This document shows positions 45,997 to 55,814 of a stretch of DNA of 64,000 nucleotides, in pieces. Both the position numbers and the translations under genes were made by a program. The stretch lies in NCBI GenBank assembly GCA_015228935.1, contig JADGCO010000004.1:12084-76083 (forward strand), read 5' to 3'. Source of the DNA: Magnetococcales bacterium (GTDB lineage Bacteria; Pseudomonadota; Magnetococcia; Magnetococcales; DC0425bin3). The notes below the pieces were generated by a model. It was not told the origin of the DNA and searched no databases. It saw only the letters and a program-made list of their open reading frames with translations. Numbering within the stretch: position 1 is the first letter of the stretch; every line of letters begins with the position of its first letter.

Positions 45997-46709
45997 GGCG
46001 GCTTGCCGCCCTCAAGAATTTGCCGCCCGAGATAAATGGCCTCGGCCATGGCCCAGTCGTCGGCATCGTCGATATCGACCGACTGAACCCGGGGCATGGG
46101 ATAGCCCAAAAAATCATCATCCCGCCCGGCTCCCTGGATATCAAGAATGCGGCGGGCCGGAAAAAAGGTGAATGACCCGGCCTCGTGATATTTTTTGCCC
46201 AAATCCTGGGAACGAACCTTGAACATGCCGGGTTGGTTTGGGGTCAGGCGATTCCCTTCACCGAGAATATAGGCCCACTCGACAGGGACGGCATAGGGGG
46301 TGATGCCCAGCACCGACAGGGTGGGGTTGGCCTCCTGCAAGGCCGATGCCCCCCGCAAATCCGCCGCCGCCACCAAAGGCGAGCAGGGGTTCAACAGACA
46401 TACCTGGGTAAAATGCCGCCCCCGTTCCTGCCATGTCTCCAGGACATGTTTGAGTACCGGCATCAGGGGGGTATGATCATCGGCCAGTTCCACGGGCCGG
46501 GGAAAAGCCACGGCATGTCCCAGAGAGGCCACGACCTCCATGATCCGGGTGCTTTCCGTGGAGACGTGAATGACGTCGAAGATGCCCGACTCCCGGGCCG
46601 CCCGCAGGGCATGACCGATCATGGGTAGGCCACAGAAGGGGCGAATGTTCTTGTCCGGCAACCGTTTGCTGCCGCCCCGGGCCGGAATGATGGCGATGCG
46701 TGCAGTCAT
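45993..46709 (-). CDS. Acylneuraminate (nonulosonate) cytidylyltransferase family protein
   Basis: MTARIAIIPARGGSKRLPDKNIRPFCGLPMIGHAL... I chose ATG 46709, because the WbqC gene ends at 46711. Confidence 0.8.
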   Translation of the reverse strand: MTARIAIIPARGGSKRLPDKNIRPFCGLPMIGHALRAARESGIFDVIHVSTESTRIMEVVASLGHAVAFPRPVELADDHTPLMPVLKHVLETWQERGRHFTQVCLLNPCSPLVAAADLRGASALQEANPTLSVLGITPYAVPVEWAYILGEGNRLTPNQPGMFKVRSQDLGKKYHEAGSFTFFPARRILDIQGAGRDDDFLGYPMPRVQSVDIDDADDWAMAEAIYLGRQILEGGKPP

Positions 46710-46710
46710 G

Positions 46711-47412
46711 TCAGGAAATTTTGCATCCTTTCCGAATGAGTTCCAGACTTTCCGGTCCACAATTGCAGAGCAGATCCACAACCGACATGTAGGGAATGAA
46801 CTCCCCAAAGGGTTGCGCATACTGTGGATGCTCGAAGGCAAAGTAACCGACCGGAATTCCCCGGTCAGCAAAGGCCGTGGAATTGTCGAGATACTCTTTG
46901 GAGCCAGGCGGCGACACATAGCGGGTCGCTCCCAGATGGGTGCAGATTCCGGCCAGGAGTTCCGCCTTGCTCCCTGTGGTTTCCAGGGTACTTGCATACA
47001 GCAACGGTGTCGTGATGCCCAATCGGTCGCGCAGCCATTGAATCAGTTCCATGGTCAGGGCGGCCAAGCGGGCATGGCCTTTTTCAAGAATATCGATCAA
47101 TCCGGGAACATAATCCTGGAAGTAGGGGGTTTTGCCATAAGCAGTACGCAGGGAGCGGGCATGCGTCACGATAAAATCCCGCCCGGTGTCGATGGCGACA
47201 TCCTGGATGCGTTGCTCGCGCAGTCCCTTGCTCAGGACAGGTACCGTCAACCATTGGGCACCATCCGCCGTCTTGATGCGGTTGCGTTGTTGCCAGGAGC
47301 GCCGGTCGTATTGTACGGAGTCCAGCAGGACAAACTGATCCACCTGATCCATCAGCCCGAAATATCCGGCCCATGGCAGGTAGGTGGGTTGCATGATGGC
47401 GAGGGTGGTCAC
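46711..47412 (-). CDS. WbqC-family protein
   Basis: 233 aa ORF with LAIMQPTYLPWAGYFGLMDQVDQFVLLDSVQYDRRSWQQRNRI. Confidence 0.8.
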   Translation of the reverse strand: MTTLAIMQPTYLPWAGYFGLMDQVDQFVLLDSVQYDRRSWQQRNRIKTADGAQWLTVPVLSKGLREQRIQDVAIDTGRDFIVTHARSLRTAYGKTPYFQDYVPGLIDILEKGHARLAALTMELIQWLRDRLGITTPLLYASTLETTGSKAELLAGICTHLGATRYVSPPGSKEYLDNSTAFADRGIPVGYFAFEHPQYAQPFGEFIPYMSVVDLLCNCGPESLELIRKGCKIS

Positions 47413-48332
47413 GCTTCGACTGCCAGTCCGGCACCCCAGGTGCCATAGGCGTTGCCATTGTAGATCATGAACTTGCGTCCCTTGTGTTGGGCGATGACCG
47501 CATATTCGATCATTTCGGAATCCCAGCCATCCGGGGAGACGGTGATGCCGACAAAATCGTCATTGCGGATCCAGTTGATGCCGTCCTCGGACTCCGCATA
47601 AGCCAGACGGTAGGCTTTTCCTTTGGCCGCAAACCACATTTTGTAGACACCATCTTCCAGCAACACGAAGGGGCGGGCCAGGGCGTTTTCGTTTTCATCA
47701 CGAAAATCGATGCACACCGTTCCATCCCGTTGCCAGTCGATACCGTCATGCGACGTGGCATGCTGGAGATTGTAGCGGGGCAGATCCCGATGTCGCCAGG
47801 CTGTGCCTGCCACATACCACATTCGCCACAGGCCATGGTCGTAGATCACAAACGGGGCCGTGTTGATATAGGGATTGATGTGATTGCGATCCAGGACCGG
47901 AGCTTCGGAATATTTCTTGAATGTCGCGCCGTTGTCTTCGCTGAGAGCCAGTCCGGCATAGAGATCCATGCGCGTGGTGCCACCCGGCTTGAAGCCGACA
48001 TAGTACATGTATTTGCGTTTGCCGTGATTGACCAGGCAGTTGGGTACCACGCCATTGTCATCGAAGGTGCCCAAATGCCCTGGAAAGATCACCGGTTCCC
48101 TGGCCCAATCGACCACCTTGCCATCCTGTTCCAGATCGATGATGGCCCAGGCGACATGGGTTTGATTCTTGTCGTTGCGGCCCCCGAAATAGACCTTGAA
48201 ACATCCCCCTTCGACGGGAATGGGATCGATGGTGGGAGCCATGATATGGGTACGATTCCACCAGAGTTCGGTCCGGGGTTCGAGGATCAGCCCTTTTTTT
48301 TCCCATTTAATTTTTTTCGTGAACATCGGCAT
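47409..48332 (-). CDS. Beta-propeller glycoside-hydrolase-like protein (GH32/43/130-type fold), function unknown
   Basis: 307 aa ORF with repeated W/Y-rich blades (YMYYVGF, WRMWYVAG, YKMWFAAKG). Such proteins often accompany nonulosonate and WbqC genes. Confidence 0.5.
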   Translation of the reverse strand: MPMFTKKIKWEKKGLILEPRTELWWNRTHIMAPTIDPIPVEGGCFKVYFGGRNDKNQTHVAWAIIDLEQDGKVVDWAREPVIFPGHLGTFDDNGVVPNCLVNHGKRKYMYYVGFKPGGTTRMDLYAGLALSEDNGATFKKYSEAPVLDRNHINPYINTAPFVIYDHGLWRMWYVAGTAWRHRDLPRYNLQHATSHDGIDWQRDGTVCIDFRDENENALARPFVLLEDGVYKMWFAAKGKAYRLAYAESEDGINWIRNDDFVGITVSPDGWDSEMIEYAVIAQHKGRKFMIYNGNAYGTWGAGLAVEA

Positions 48333-48338
48333 CCTCCC

Positions 48339-49028
48339 TCAACCCTTGACGGTATCCGCATCGGTCAGACCGAACAGTTGGTAGGTATCGGTTTTTTCCG
48401 CCTTGGTGCGTTCCGGTGCAAACAGTTGCCGTGGTTTGGTATTGCGCATGATCAAGGATCCGGCTCCGACCATATTTTCCGGGGCGACCACGATCCGGTC
48501 CCGAACTGTCGCATTGACACCGAGATAGGTGTAGGCCCCCACCCGGGAATAACCGGAAACCACCGCCTGTCCGGCGACAAAACAGTGATCCTCGATGACG
48601 GCATTATGGCCGATATCGCACCCGCACCAGAGGATGACATCGTTGCCGATGCTCGTGAAGGGTTGCACCGTGCAATGGTCAAAGATGAACACATTGTCCC
48701 CGATGGTGGAGTTGGACCAGATTTGCACGCTCGGGTGGACATAGGAAACCAGCGTATACCCCTTGGCCTTGGCTTCGTGATACACCCTGGCCCGGGTTTT
48801 GTTGAGTTTTGACTGGCCCACGGCGACATACATTTTATACTGATCCGGCGGGTGGGTCGTCGTCAAACTTTCAAACTCCACGACCGGGCGGTCAAAAAGG
48901 GTATGTTCCTGCCGATGCGCCGCATGCACCGCAAAGGCCACGACCTCGTAGGAGCTGGCTTCATTGAAGTAGGTAAAGGCGATTTTGGCAAAATCCGCCG
49001 TTCCGAATAGAATGATTTTCTCTTTCAT
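48339..49028 (-). CDS. NeuD/PglD-family sugar acetyltransferase (left-handed beta-helix)
   Basis: 229 aa ORF with an N-terminal Rossmann-like KIILFGTADFAKIAF followed by hexapeptide repeats (IGDNVFIFDHCTV..IGNDVILWCGCDIGHNAVI). Confidence 0.75.
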   Translation of the reverse strand: MKEKIILFGTADFAKIAFTYFNEASSYEVVAFAVHAAHRQEHTLFDRPVVEFESLTTTHPPDQYKMYVAVGQSKLNKTRARVYHEAKAKGYTLVSYVHPSVQIWSNSTIGDNVFIFDHCTVQPFTSIGNDVILWCGCDIGHNAVIEDHCFVAGQAVVSGYSRVGAYTYLGVNATVRDRIVVAPENMVGAGSLIMRNTKPRQLFAPERTKAEKTDTYQLFGLTDADTVKG

Positions 49029-49352
49029 GACATTCCTGCCCGGAAAAACTCTGAAATGGTGGCACCGGCACCGCCGACCAACCCGGCTTGAGCACGGCTC
49101 GATTGACCCCAGAGGATGGCGTCTATCCAGTCAAGGTGTCAACGGATCATGGCAGGCTTGTCATTTCGAGCCTGGATTGCGCAATCTGAAATCCTGCCTG
49201 CTTCAGATGGCAATGTGATCTGTGAACGGCCTTGGCCATGCGCATGTTTTTTCTCAATTGATCATATCCCCATAATTGGTATAAGTTACCCTTGCTTGTT
49301 CTTGTTTGTTTTTGTTATTTCCAACCGTGATCGCCGGCAGGGGGAGGATTTC

Positions 49353-49877
49353 ATGAAATATGCTCGTTTCATCTGGATTGCCGTTTTCCATGTTGTCCTC
49401 CTGATCTCTTTTCCGGTGGCAGCCAGTGAGAATATCACGCCGCCCCTGTTAAAAAATCAAGCGGTTTACGCTCCTGTCTATTCGCATGTGTTGCACGGCA
49501 ATCTGGGACGCGACGGCAAACCCGAAGAGATGCTGCTTTCTTCCATGTTGAGTGTCAGAAATACCGACCCATCTTATGGCATGACTATTATCAAGGTTGA
49601 TTATTATGACACCCATGGTCAGATTATTCGTCGGTACATCACCAAGCCTGTCACGATTCCAGCCATGGGTTCCACCGATTTTTTTGTGGAAAACAGGGAC
49701 CGTTCCGGTGGAACCGGAGCCAATTTTGTTGTCGAATGGGAAGCTGCCCAACCCATAAACCAGCCTATCGTGGAATCCGTTCAGGTATATTTCTGGGGAA
49801 CCCAGGCCCAGGCCTTTGTCAGTCGTGGACAACCCATCCACCTGCATGTCAAACCCGAGGTTCAACCTGCAAAATAA
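49353..49877 (+). CDS. DUF3124 domain protein (secreted)
   Basis: MKYARFIWIAVFHVVLLISFPVAAS signal peptide, then VYAPVYSHV...LSVRNTDPSYGMTIIKVDYYD. ATG 49353 is preceded by GGGGGAGGA. Confidence 0.7.
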   Translation: MKYARFIWIAVFHVVLLISFPVAASENITPPLLKNQAVYAPVYSHVLHGNLGRDGKPEEMLLSSMLSVRNTDPSYGMTIIKVDYYDTHGQIIRRYITKPVTIPAMGSTDFFVENRDRSGGTGANFVVEWEAAQPINQPIVESVQVYFWGTQAQAFVSRGQPIHLHVKPEVQPAK

Positions 49878-49999
49878 AATACATATATGGGTCGAAGGAG
49901 TTTTTTTATTGCCACATCTGTTGTTGGCAAGTCACCAGATTGCCTGTTTCTGTAATGGTATCGGTTTTTGTTTACACCCTTGACGAATAGGAATGGTGC

Positions 50000-51178
50000 A
50001 TGAATCTGGGTCGTTGGCGGCTGCCATGGATATCTGCCAGAGTGTTGTTGGCGGTGTGTGGTGTGGTGATGGGTATTTGTCCTGTCCTGGCGGGAGAGAT
50101 CAAGGTTGGTATGTCCTCGGCTTTCAGCGGCCTGGCAGCAGCCATGGGCGAGGGGATGAGACAAGGGGTGGAAAGCCATTTCAGGAAAATCAGCTCGGAC
50201 GGTGGTGTCCATGGCCAGACCGTGCGGTTGATTGCCCTGGATGATGGCTACGAACCCGAACGCACGGCTCCCAATGTGCGACGCCTGATCGAAGAAGAAA
50301 AGGTCATTGCTCTCATCGGCAATGGGGGAACACCAACTGCCGTGGTGACCGTTCCCATCGTGCAGCAGATGAGGACACTGTTATTCGGGGCCTACACCGG
50401 CGCAAGCCTGTTGCGCAAAAAACCCCCGGAACGTTACGTCGTCAATTATCGCGCCAGCTACCGGGAAGAGACGGCGGCCATGGTCACCGGCCTGCTCAAT
50501 CGCGGCATCAAACCGGAAGAGATTGCCTTTTTCACCCAAAATGACAGTTTCGGGGATGACGGTTATCGAGGGGGGATCGAAACCCTCCAGGCCATGGGCT
50601 TTTCTGCTGCCGAAAAATTGCCGCATGGACGTTATACCCGCAACACGATCAACGTGGAAGAAGGGTTGAGTACCATCCTTGCCGGCAAGGTGGACCCCAA
50701 AGCCATTATCCTGGTAGGTTCCTACAAACCCTGTGCCGCCTTTATTCGCCTCGCCCGCCGTGATCTGCCCAACACCCTGTTTCTCAATGTCTCGTTTGTG
50801 GGCAGCGAACCCTTGGCACGGGAGCTGGGTGCCGAAGCCGAGGGCGTGATCGTGACGCAGGTGGTTCCGCCTCTCGACAGCGATCTGCCCCTTTTGCACG
50901 AATTTCGGCAGGTCATGAAGGATATGGGCATGAATTCCAGTCTGATCGCCCTGGAAGGATACCTGGTTGCGCGTCTCTTTACCCTGGGGTTAACCAAAGC
51001 CGGGCCTGATCCAACCCACGAAAGTCTGGTCGATGCCCTGGAAAACCTTGGCACGGTCGATCTGGGCCTGGATACTCCCCTGCATCTGAGTCGTGAAGAA
51101 CATCAGGCAAGCCATCGCATCTGGCCCACTGTTTATCGCCAGGGGCGCTTTGTGACCCTGGATTGGAAAAACTTGTGA
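50000..51178 (+). CDS. Periplasmic solute-binding protein (LivK / Peripla_BP_6-like)
   Basis: 392 aa ORF with a signal peptide, then IKVGMSSAFSGLAAAMGEGMRQG...VIALIGNGGTPT. Confidence 0.8.
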   Translation: MNLGRWRLPWISARVLLAVCGVVMGICPVLAGEIKVGMSSAFSGLAAAMGEGMRQGVESHFRKISSDGGVHGQTVRLIALDDGYEPERTAPNVRRLIEEEKVIALIGNGGTPTAVVTVPIVQQMRTLLFGAYTGASLLRKKPPERYVVNYRASYREETAAMVTGLLNRGIKPEEIAFFTQNDSFGDDGYRGGIETLQAMGFSAAEKLPHGRYTRNTINVEEGLSTILAGKVDPKAIILVGSYKPCAAFIRLARRDLPNTLFLNVSFVGSEPLARELGAEAEGVIVTQVVPPLDSDLPLLHEFRQVMKDMGMNSSLIALEGYLVARLFTLGLTKAGPDPTHESLVDALENLGTVDLGLDTPLHLSREEHQASHRIWPTVYRQGRFVTLDWKNL

Positions 51179-51227
51179 ACACAAATGCGACAAAGGCATC
51201 CATGATGCTTTTCAGGGGAACGTGAAT

Positions 51228-53549
51228 ATGGCATTCGGTTTGAAATTAAGCATTCGCAACATGGTGTTGGGCTTGGCCATGGCCTCTGTGCTTTTCATCC
51301 TGTTGCTCTCCACTGTCGCCTTGCTCTCCAACCATCGGCTGGTGAAATATCACGAAGAATTGGTGGAAAGTGCCTTTCCGGTCAGCGAAGCTGTGCGAAG
51401 CGTGTTGGAAATCGTCATGCGGCTCAAGGATCGGCAACACGAAATGATGAATGTCATCTCGGTCGCCGAGTTGATGGCCATCACCTCGCGCACCCCCCTG
51501 GAACAACGCTATGACCAGGAGCGCCAGCGCCTGGAGGGCATTCTGGTGCGCTTTCCCGCAACCAGGGAAAATCTGACCGAACTGGATCGCAACTTTGTTG
51601 ACCTGCTCAAGGCGGACAGCCGCTTGACAGAACAACGTCGGCAGTGGCTGCTTCTCTCTGCACGCTTGAAGGATGGTTTTCATAAGTTGGAGCGGGAAGC
51701 AGATAAAATTGTCCTCATGGCAGATGCATTGGCAGGCAAGACGCGGCTCGAAGAGTATCGTCGCATCAGACGCATCCGATCCCTGCTGGAACAAGAGGCA
51801 ACGGAAACAACCTGGCTTCCTTTGGTTCGCGAGCAGTTCAAGACAACTTCGGCACATGTCCAGAATGCCACGGCCAATGTGCGTCAGGGAAGTCTTGCCC
51901 TGGTTCTGCTCAGCCGCCAGTTGACGATGGAAAGGCGTCGGGATCTGCTGATCAGCATTCGCGCCAATGGCATTGAACAAGCCATGGGAACCATTCGTGA
52001 CGCCCTTTCCCGGTTGAAAGATCAGATCGATGCGGGATCGGAACTGCATCCTCTGACCCTGGAGCTGGAGTCTTCTGTTCTGAAAATTCCATCACTTCTG
52101 ACCGAGGGGGAAAACTCCCTTTATCAGTTGTTACAGGCCTCGTTTGTCGCTGATGATCTGTTGCGCGACTTGCGTGTCCAATTGAATCAGGCTGCGGTCC
52201 AGGTCATGCTGAATGTGGAACAACTCTCTTCTCCTGCCGGGTTGCTGCGGGGTGAAATTGCCGCCGATACCCAAGCCGTGGTTACCGCCAACCGCTGGAT
52301 GATGCTCTCAATCAGTGTCCTGGCACCGCTGACCATGACTGCGGCGATTTTTCTCTTCCTGCGCTGGCTGATGCAACGTACCCGCCGGATTGTGCATTCA
52401 CTGCAAGTTTGTTCCGAAGGAAATTATTCAAGTCGTGTTCCCCTGGAGGGAACCCGCGACGAACTGGACAATATTGCAGTGATGGTCAATTCCCTTGCGC
52501 AAACCTTGCAGCGTTTGGAGTCTTCCGATCAGCATGCTCTCATGTCCCGTCTCGCTCTCAATGCCTTGCTTGAAACTTCCCTGACGCCTTTGACGCTACA
52601 AGACTACCTTAAAACAGCCCTGCAAATCATTCTGAACATTCCCTGGATCAAGGCCTGGAACAACAAGGCAGCCATCTTTCTTGTGGATCAAGAAACAGGC
52701 GTCATGCAATTGACCGTATCTGTTGGACTTTCATCAGAAGAGGTGCAGATTTGTTCCCAGGTGAAAGCGGACCATTGCCTGTGTGGCATCGTCCTGGCCA
52801 AGGGCACGATGGAATTTGGCAACAACAAGGATGCCCGCTGCCTGATTCGTCATCCCGGAGTGGACGACCACAGCCAGTATTGCATGCCCATTCTCTCCCG
52901 GGGAAAGGTGTTGGGAGTTTTGACCCTTCAGGTGGATAAGGCCCCGTCCCAGGATGCGGAAATCGAGGCCTTGCTGACCAGTATCGTCCACTCCCTGGCA
53001 GAGGTGATCGAACGCAAACGGGTGGAAGAACGCCTTGAACATATGGCGCATCACGATCTTTTAACCGGCTTGCCCAACCGCTCCCTGTATCATGAACACC
53101 TGGATCGGGTCTTGTCCAGGGCAGCCCGCACCCGGACCATTGCGGCGGTCATGCTTCTGGATCTGGATCGTTTCAAACAGGTCAATGACTCCCTGGGGCA
53201 TGCCGCCGGAGATGCCTTGCTGGTGGAAGTAACCAATCGGATTCAGGGAACCTTGCGGGCATCGGATCTCCTGGCCCGTTTTGGCGGGGACGAGTTTGCC
53301 GTGGTTCTTGAAGATGTTGCCACAATCCAAAACGTCACCCTCGTGGCAGAAAAAATTCTGCTTTGTCTTGGCAAACCGTTTGATATCCAAAATACGGAAT
53401 GCTCGATTGGGGTGAGTATCGGCATCAGCCTGTATCCCGAACACGGTGAAAAGGCAGAAACCCTCATGTCCCATGCCGACAAGGCCATGTACGCCGTCAA
53501 GACGAGTGGACGCAATAATTTTCAGTTTGCTCACGCTTCTCACAATTGA
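51228..53549 (+). CDS. Membrane diguanylate cyclase (long helical sensor-HAMP-GAF-GGDEF)
   Basis: The GGDEF domain reads HHDLLTGLPNRSL...DRFKQVNDSLGHAAGD...RFGGDEFAVVLED, and the I-site and A-site regions are visible. A GAF-like segment lies before it. Confidence 0.85.
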   Translation: MAFGLKLSIRNMVLGLAMASVLFILLLSTVALLSNHRLVKYHEELVESAFPVSEAVRSVLEIVMRLKDRQHEMMNVISVAELMAITSRTPLEQRYDQERQRLEGILVRFPATRENLTELDRNFVDLLKADSRLTEQRRQWLLLSARLKDGFHKLEREADKIVLMADALAGKTRLEEYRRIRRIRSLLEQEATETTWLPLVREQFKTTSAHVQNATANVRQGSLALVLLSRQLTMERRRDLLISIRANGIEQAMGTIRDALSRLKDQIDAGSELHPLTLELESSVLKIPSLLTEGENSLYQLLQASFVADDLLRDLRVQLNQAAVQVMLNVEQLSSPAGLLRGEIAADTQAVVTANRWMMLSISVLAPLTMTAAIFLFLRWLMQRTRRIVHSLQVCSEGNYSSRVPLEGTRDELDNIAVMVNSLAQTLQRLESSDQHALMSRLALNALLETSLTPLTLQDYLKTALQIILNIPWIKAWNNKAAIFLVDQETGVMQLTVSVGLSSEEVQICSQVKADHCLCGIVLAKGTMEFGNNKDARCLIRHPGVDDHSQYCMPILSRGKVLGVLTLQVDKAPSQDAEIEALLTSIVHSLAEVIERKRVEERLEHMAHHDLLTGLPNRSLYHEHLDRVLSRAARTRTIAAVMLLDLDRFKQVNDSLGHAAGDALLVEVTNRIQGTLRASDLLARFGGDEFAVVLEDVATIQNVTLVAEKILLCLGKPFDIQNTECSIGVSIGISLYPEHGEKAETLMSHADKAMYAVKTSGRNNFQFAHASHN

Positions 53550-53739
53550 TGAACACTGACGCCACCCTCGAAAGTCTCAGTTTAGATTCCACATCAGCAA
53601 TGGCTGCCGTGTCACTCAATCTGCCTCCCGCTCCCAATTCGCCAAAACCGGAATCGTTGATGTCAGGGTTTATGCAACTAGACAATTATGGATGTTTGTA
53701 AATTAATATCATCAGAAATCGAGATTTTTACAGAAAATT

Positions 53740-54996
53740 TTAATCGTAAGTTAGCGGCAAACGTAGCTGTGGATTACGAATGATCGTATCTTCAGGTTTC
53801 ATGGCACTGGTTTTTTTACGTATTTCTCCATTTGGACCAATGATCAGAATATCTTTTTCTCGTAAGGAAGGCTGGAATGCTTCCTTGAGCATAGTCACTG
53901 TTGCCGGAGTTCCGTTAAAATTGTTTTCCAAAAACTTACTGAATAAGATACCTTCTTTTCCGACGCAATCGTAGATGTGTTTGGGTAGATCATCGGAAAG
54001 CTGTTTGACACTTATAGTCCTATCATCCTCATCGAATTGAAAAACACGTTGTCCTGTCAAGGCAACATCATATTTTGAGTCATAGACAAACATCTTCAAC
54101 CCAGGTCCTCCATAATGCAAAAAACGACCAGATTTTTCCCAATGCAAACCCATCATGACATCTTTGGCACGATAATGCTTTGAGAGATGGATCCAACAAT
54201 AGGCACGAGTAGAGTCAGCAGATCGTATGAGAAATGGGGTATAAAATGATGCTCCAGACTCCTGGAAAATGCCTGGAATCAATCTTTCCTGAATCTTGTG
54301 ACGCCATTGACTATCTGATTTCAATCTCTTTAGCTCATCTTCAGTTGGAAGATAACGTTCAATACCGATATTTCGAATCGTTTTCTCCAGATTCGGACTA
54401 TAATAATCAATCATGGCATCCACGGCAAACGTCATGATCACTTCAGAGGATATAAATATACTAAAAATATTTCTTAGCATTTGCATGGTAACATTTTTAT
54501 AACCATACTGATCCAGAATAAATATTACTTTACTAAATTTCTCTTTGTTTATTTTAGAAATCAACTCAATAAATATATCCTCAAAATTTTTATTGTGAAG
54601 ATGTATATTCTCAGAATAAGGAACATTGCCCTCGCACAACATGCGAGATAGGCATTTAAATCCATTTAAGTCTTTTTCGATAAAATGAAAAGTTGGCAAA
54701 ACTGTGAGCGGAATTTGTCTGGTTGCGTTAATTTCGTTTTCGGCTTGGCGAATCGCTCGCAGAATAATCAGAGGCGACCCTTCATGTCTTTCCTTGCTGA
54801 CCGGATTTTTATATACCCCACCACCAGCAAAACCATCGACCACGGCGATTCGCAGTTTATCGATACGTGGATTCCTAGCTACGACATGAACATATTGGAC
54901 AAGGTAATCCCGCAGGATTTCATGTTTGATCAGGGAATGTGTTTCAATATCTGGAGGGTTATCAAAATCCCAGTCATATCCACCTTTGGCGGGCAT
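53740..54996 (-). CDS. Three-Cys-motif partner protein TcmP-like (TIGR04474-like)
   Basis: 418 aa ORF with HSLIKHEILRDYLVQY...RIAVVDGFAGGGVY...VIFILDQYGY. It lies immediately downstream of a DUF5131 gene, which is the defining context of this family. The centre of the gene is AT-rich. Confidence 0.6.
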   Translation of the reverse strand: MPAKGGYDWDFDNPPDIETHSLIKHEILRDYLVQYVHVVARNPRIDKLRIAVVDGFAGGGVYKNPVSKERHEGSPLIILRAIRQAENEINATRQIPLTVLPTFHFIEKDLNGFKCLSRMLCEGNVPYSENIHLHNKNFEDIFIELISKINKEKFSKVIFILDQYGYKNVTMQMLRNIFSIFISSEVIMTFAVDAMIDYYSPNLEKTIRNIGIERYLPTEDELKRLKSDSQWRHKIQERLIPGIFQESGASFYTPFLIRSADSTRAYCWIHLSKHYRAKDVMMGLHWEKSGRFLHYGGPGLKMFVYDSKYDVALTGQRVFQFDEDDRTISVKQLSDDLPKHIYDCVGKEGILFSKFLENNFNGTPATVTMLKEAFQPSLREKDILIIGPNGEIRKKTSAMKPEDTIIRNPQLRLPLTYD

Positions 54997-55005
54997 GGTC
55001 TTTCT

Positions 55006-55803
55006 CTAAATGGCATCAGATGATATGGAAGTTGTTCTATGTGCATCCGGGTATTCATGCACCAGATTGCCTTGAAACAGATTTCCGTTATCTTTTTTGG
55101 AACGATGCATGCCGTCCTGACCAAAGGTACCCCATTGTTTGAAAAAGAACGACACTCCGGCTTTTTTGCACTGTTGGTAGATTTTTTCTACCCATTTTGG
55201 TTGCATGGGTCTGGCTCGTGCCCCACTTTCACCTCCGGCGATGACCCAATCCAGTCCGTTCGGTCCAATCCATGGACCGAGATCCACGGCTCCTACCAGA
55301 GGTTCGCATGACACAAAACGAACTTTTGCCGGTGTATCAAGTAGATAAGGCAAACGGTGCATGGCACACTCCTGGTTTTCGGCTGTTGTCCCAAGCCAAA
55401 CATGAGCCGGCCAGTCATTATTCCATGGCACCATTTTTGGAACACACTCCGGCCTTTTGGTTACCAAAAGCCAATCAAGCCATGGTGTATTGGCAATCAG
55501 ACTCCATAGTCGCTCGCGCAATGGATCCAGATCTTTTCGCTCTTCAAATACGTCTGCCATTGAGGAACAAAAAACTTTCTGTCTCTCTTGTTGACGTTCT
55601 GCACTCTGATTCCACCGCAAAGGCTCTCGCCAATGTTGGTCTCCAAAGAAACGCCTCTCAGCATCATGTCCCCAAATACGCATTCCCATCCTGGCGGCCC
55701 AAATCTGGGCATAGCAATGGTCGCAGCCCGTGGAAACTTTTTCGCAACCCCACCAGGGATTGAAAGTGTGGTGCGTCCAGTCGATTTTTGAGTTTTTTCC
55801 CAT
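55006..55803 (-). CDS. DUF5131 (phage Gp37/Gp68) family protein
   Basis: MGKNSKIDWTHHTFNPWWGCEKVSTGCDHCYAQIW... (C-x6-C-x2-C), later VFCSSMADVF and LLVTKRP. I chose ATG 55803. The ORF track starts at 55842. Confidence 0.75.
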   Translation of the reverse strand: MGKNSKIDWTHHTFNPWWGCEKVSTGCDHCYAQIWAARMGMRIWGHDAERRFFGDQHWREPLRWNQSAERQQERQKVFCSSMADVFEERKDLDPLRERLWSLIANTPWLDWLLVTKRPECVPKMVPWNNDWPAHVWLGTTAENQECAMHRLPYLLDTPAKVRFVSCEPLVGAVDLGPWIGPNGLDWVIAGGESGARARPMQPKWVEKIYQQCKKAGVSFFFKQWGTFGQDGMHRSKKDNGNLFQGNLVHEYPDAHRTTSISSDAI

Positions 55804-55814
55804 GAGCCGAACAT

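Noticed and set aside
39834-48812. Long plus-strand ORFs opposite the glycan operon (39834-40943, 41415-42365, 42785-43810, 44887-45846, 46621-47448, 47484-48812)
   Set aside because: These are shadow ORFs typical of the GC-richer reverse-strand coding region. Each is fully contained in a well-supported reverse-strand gene, and none has recognisable motifs.
49029-49352. Partial matches to the repeat termini (CTGAAATGGTGGC at about 49049 and TTTGTTTTTGTTATTTCC at about 49300)
   Set aside because: Only 10-13 nt resemble the element ends and no core hairpin lies between them. This is probably chance or generic T-rich leader sequence.
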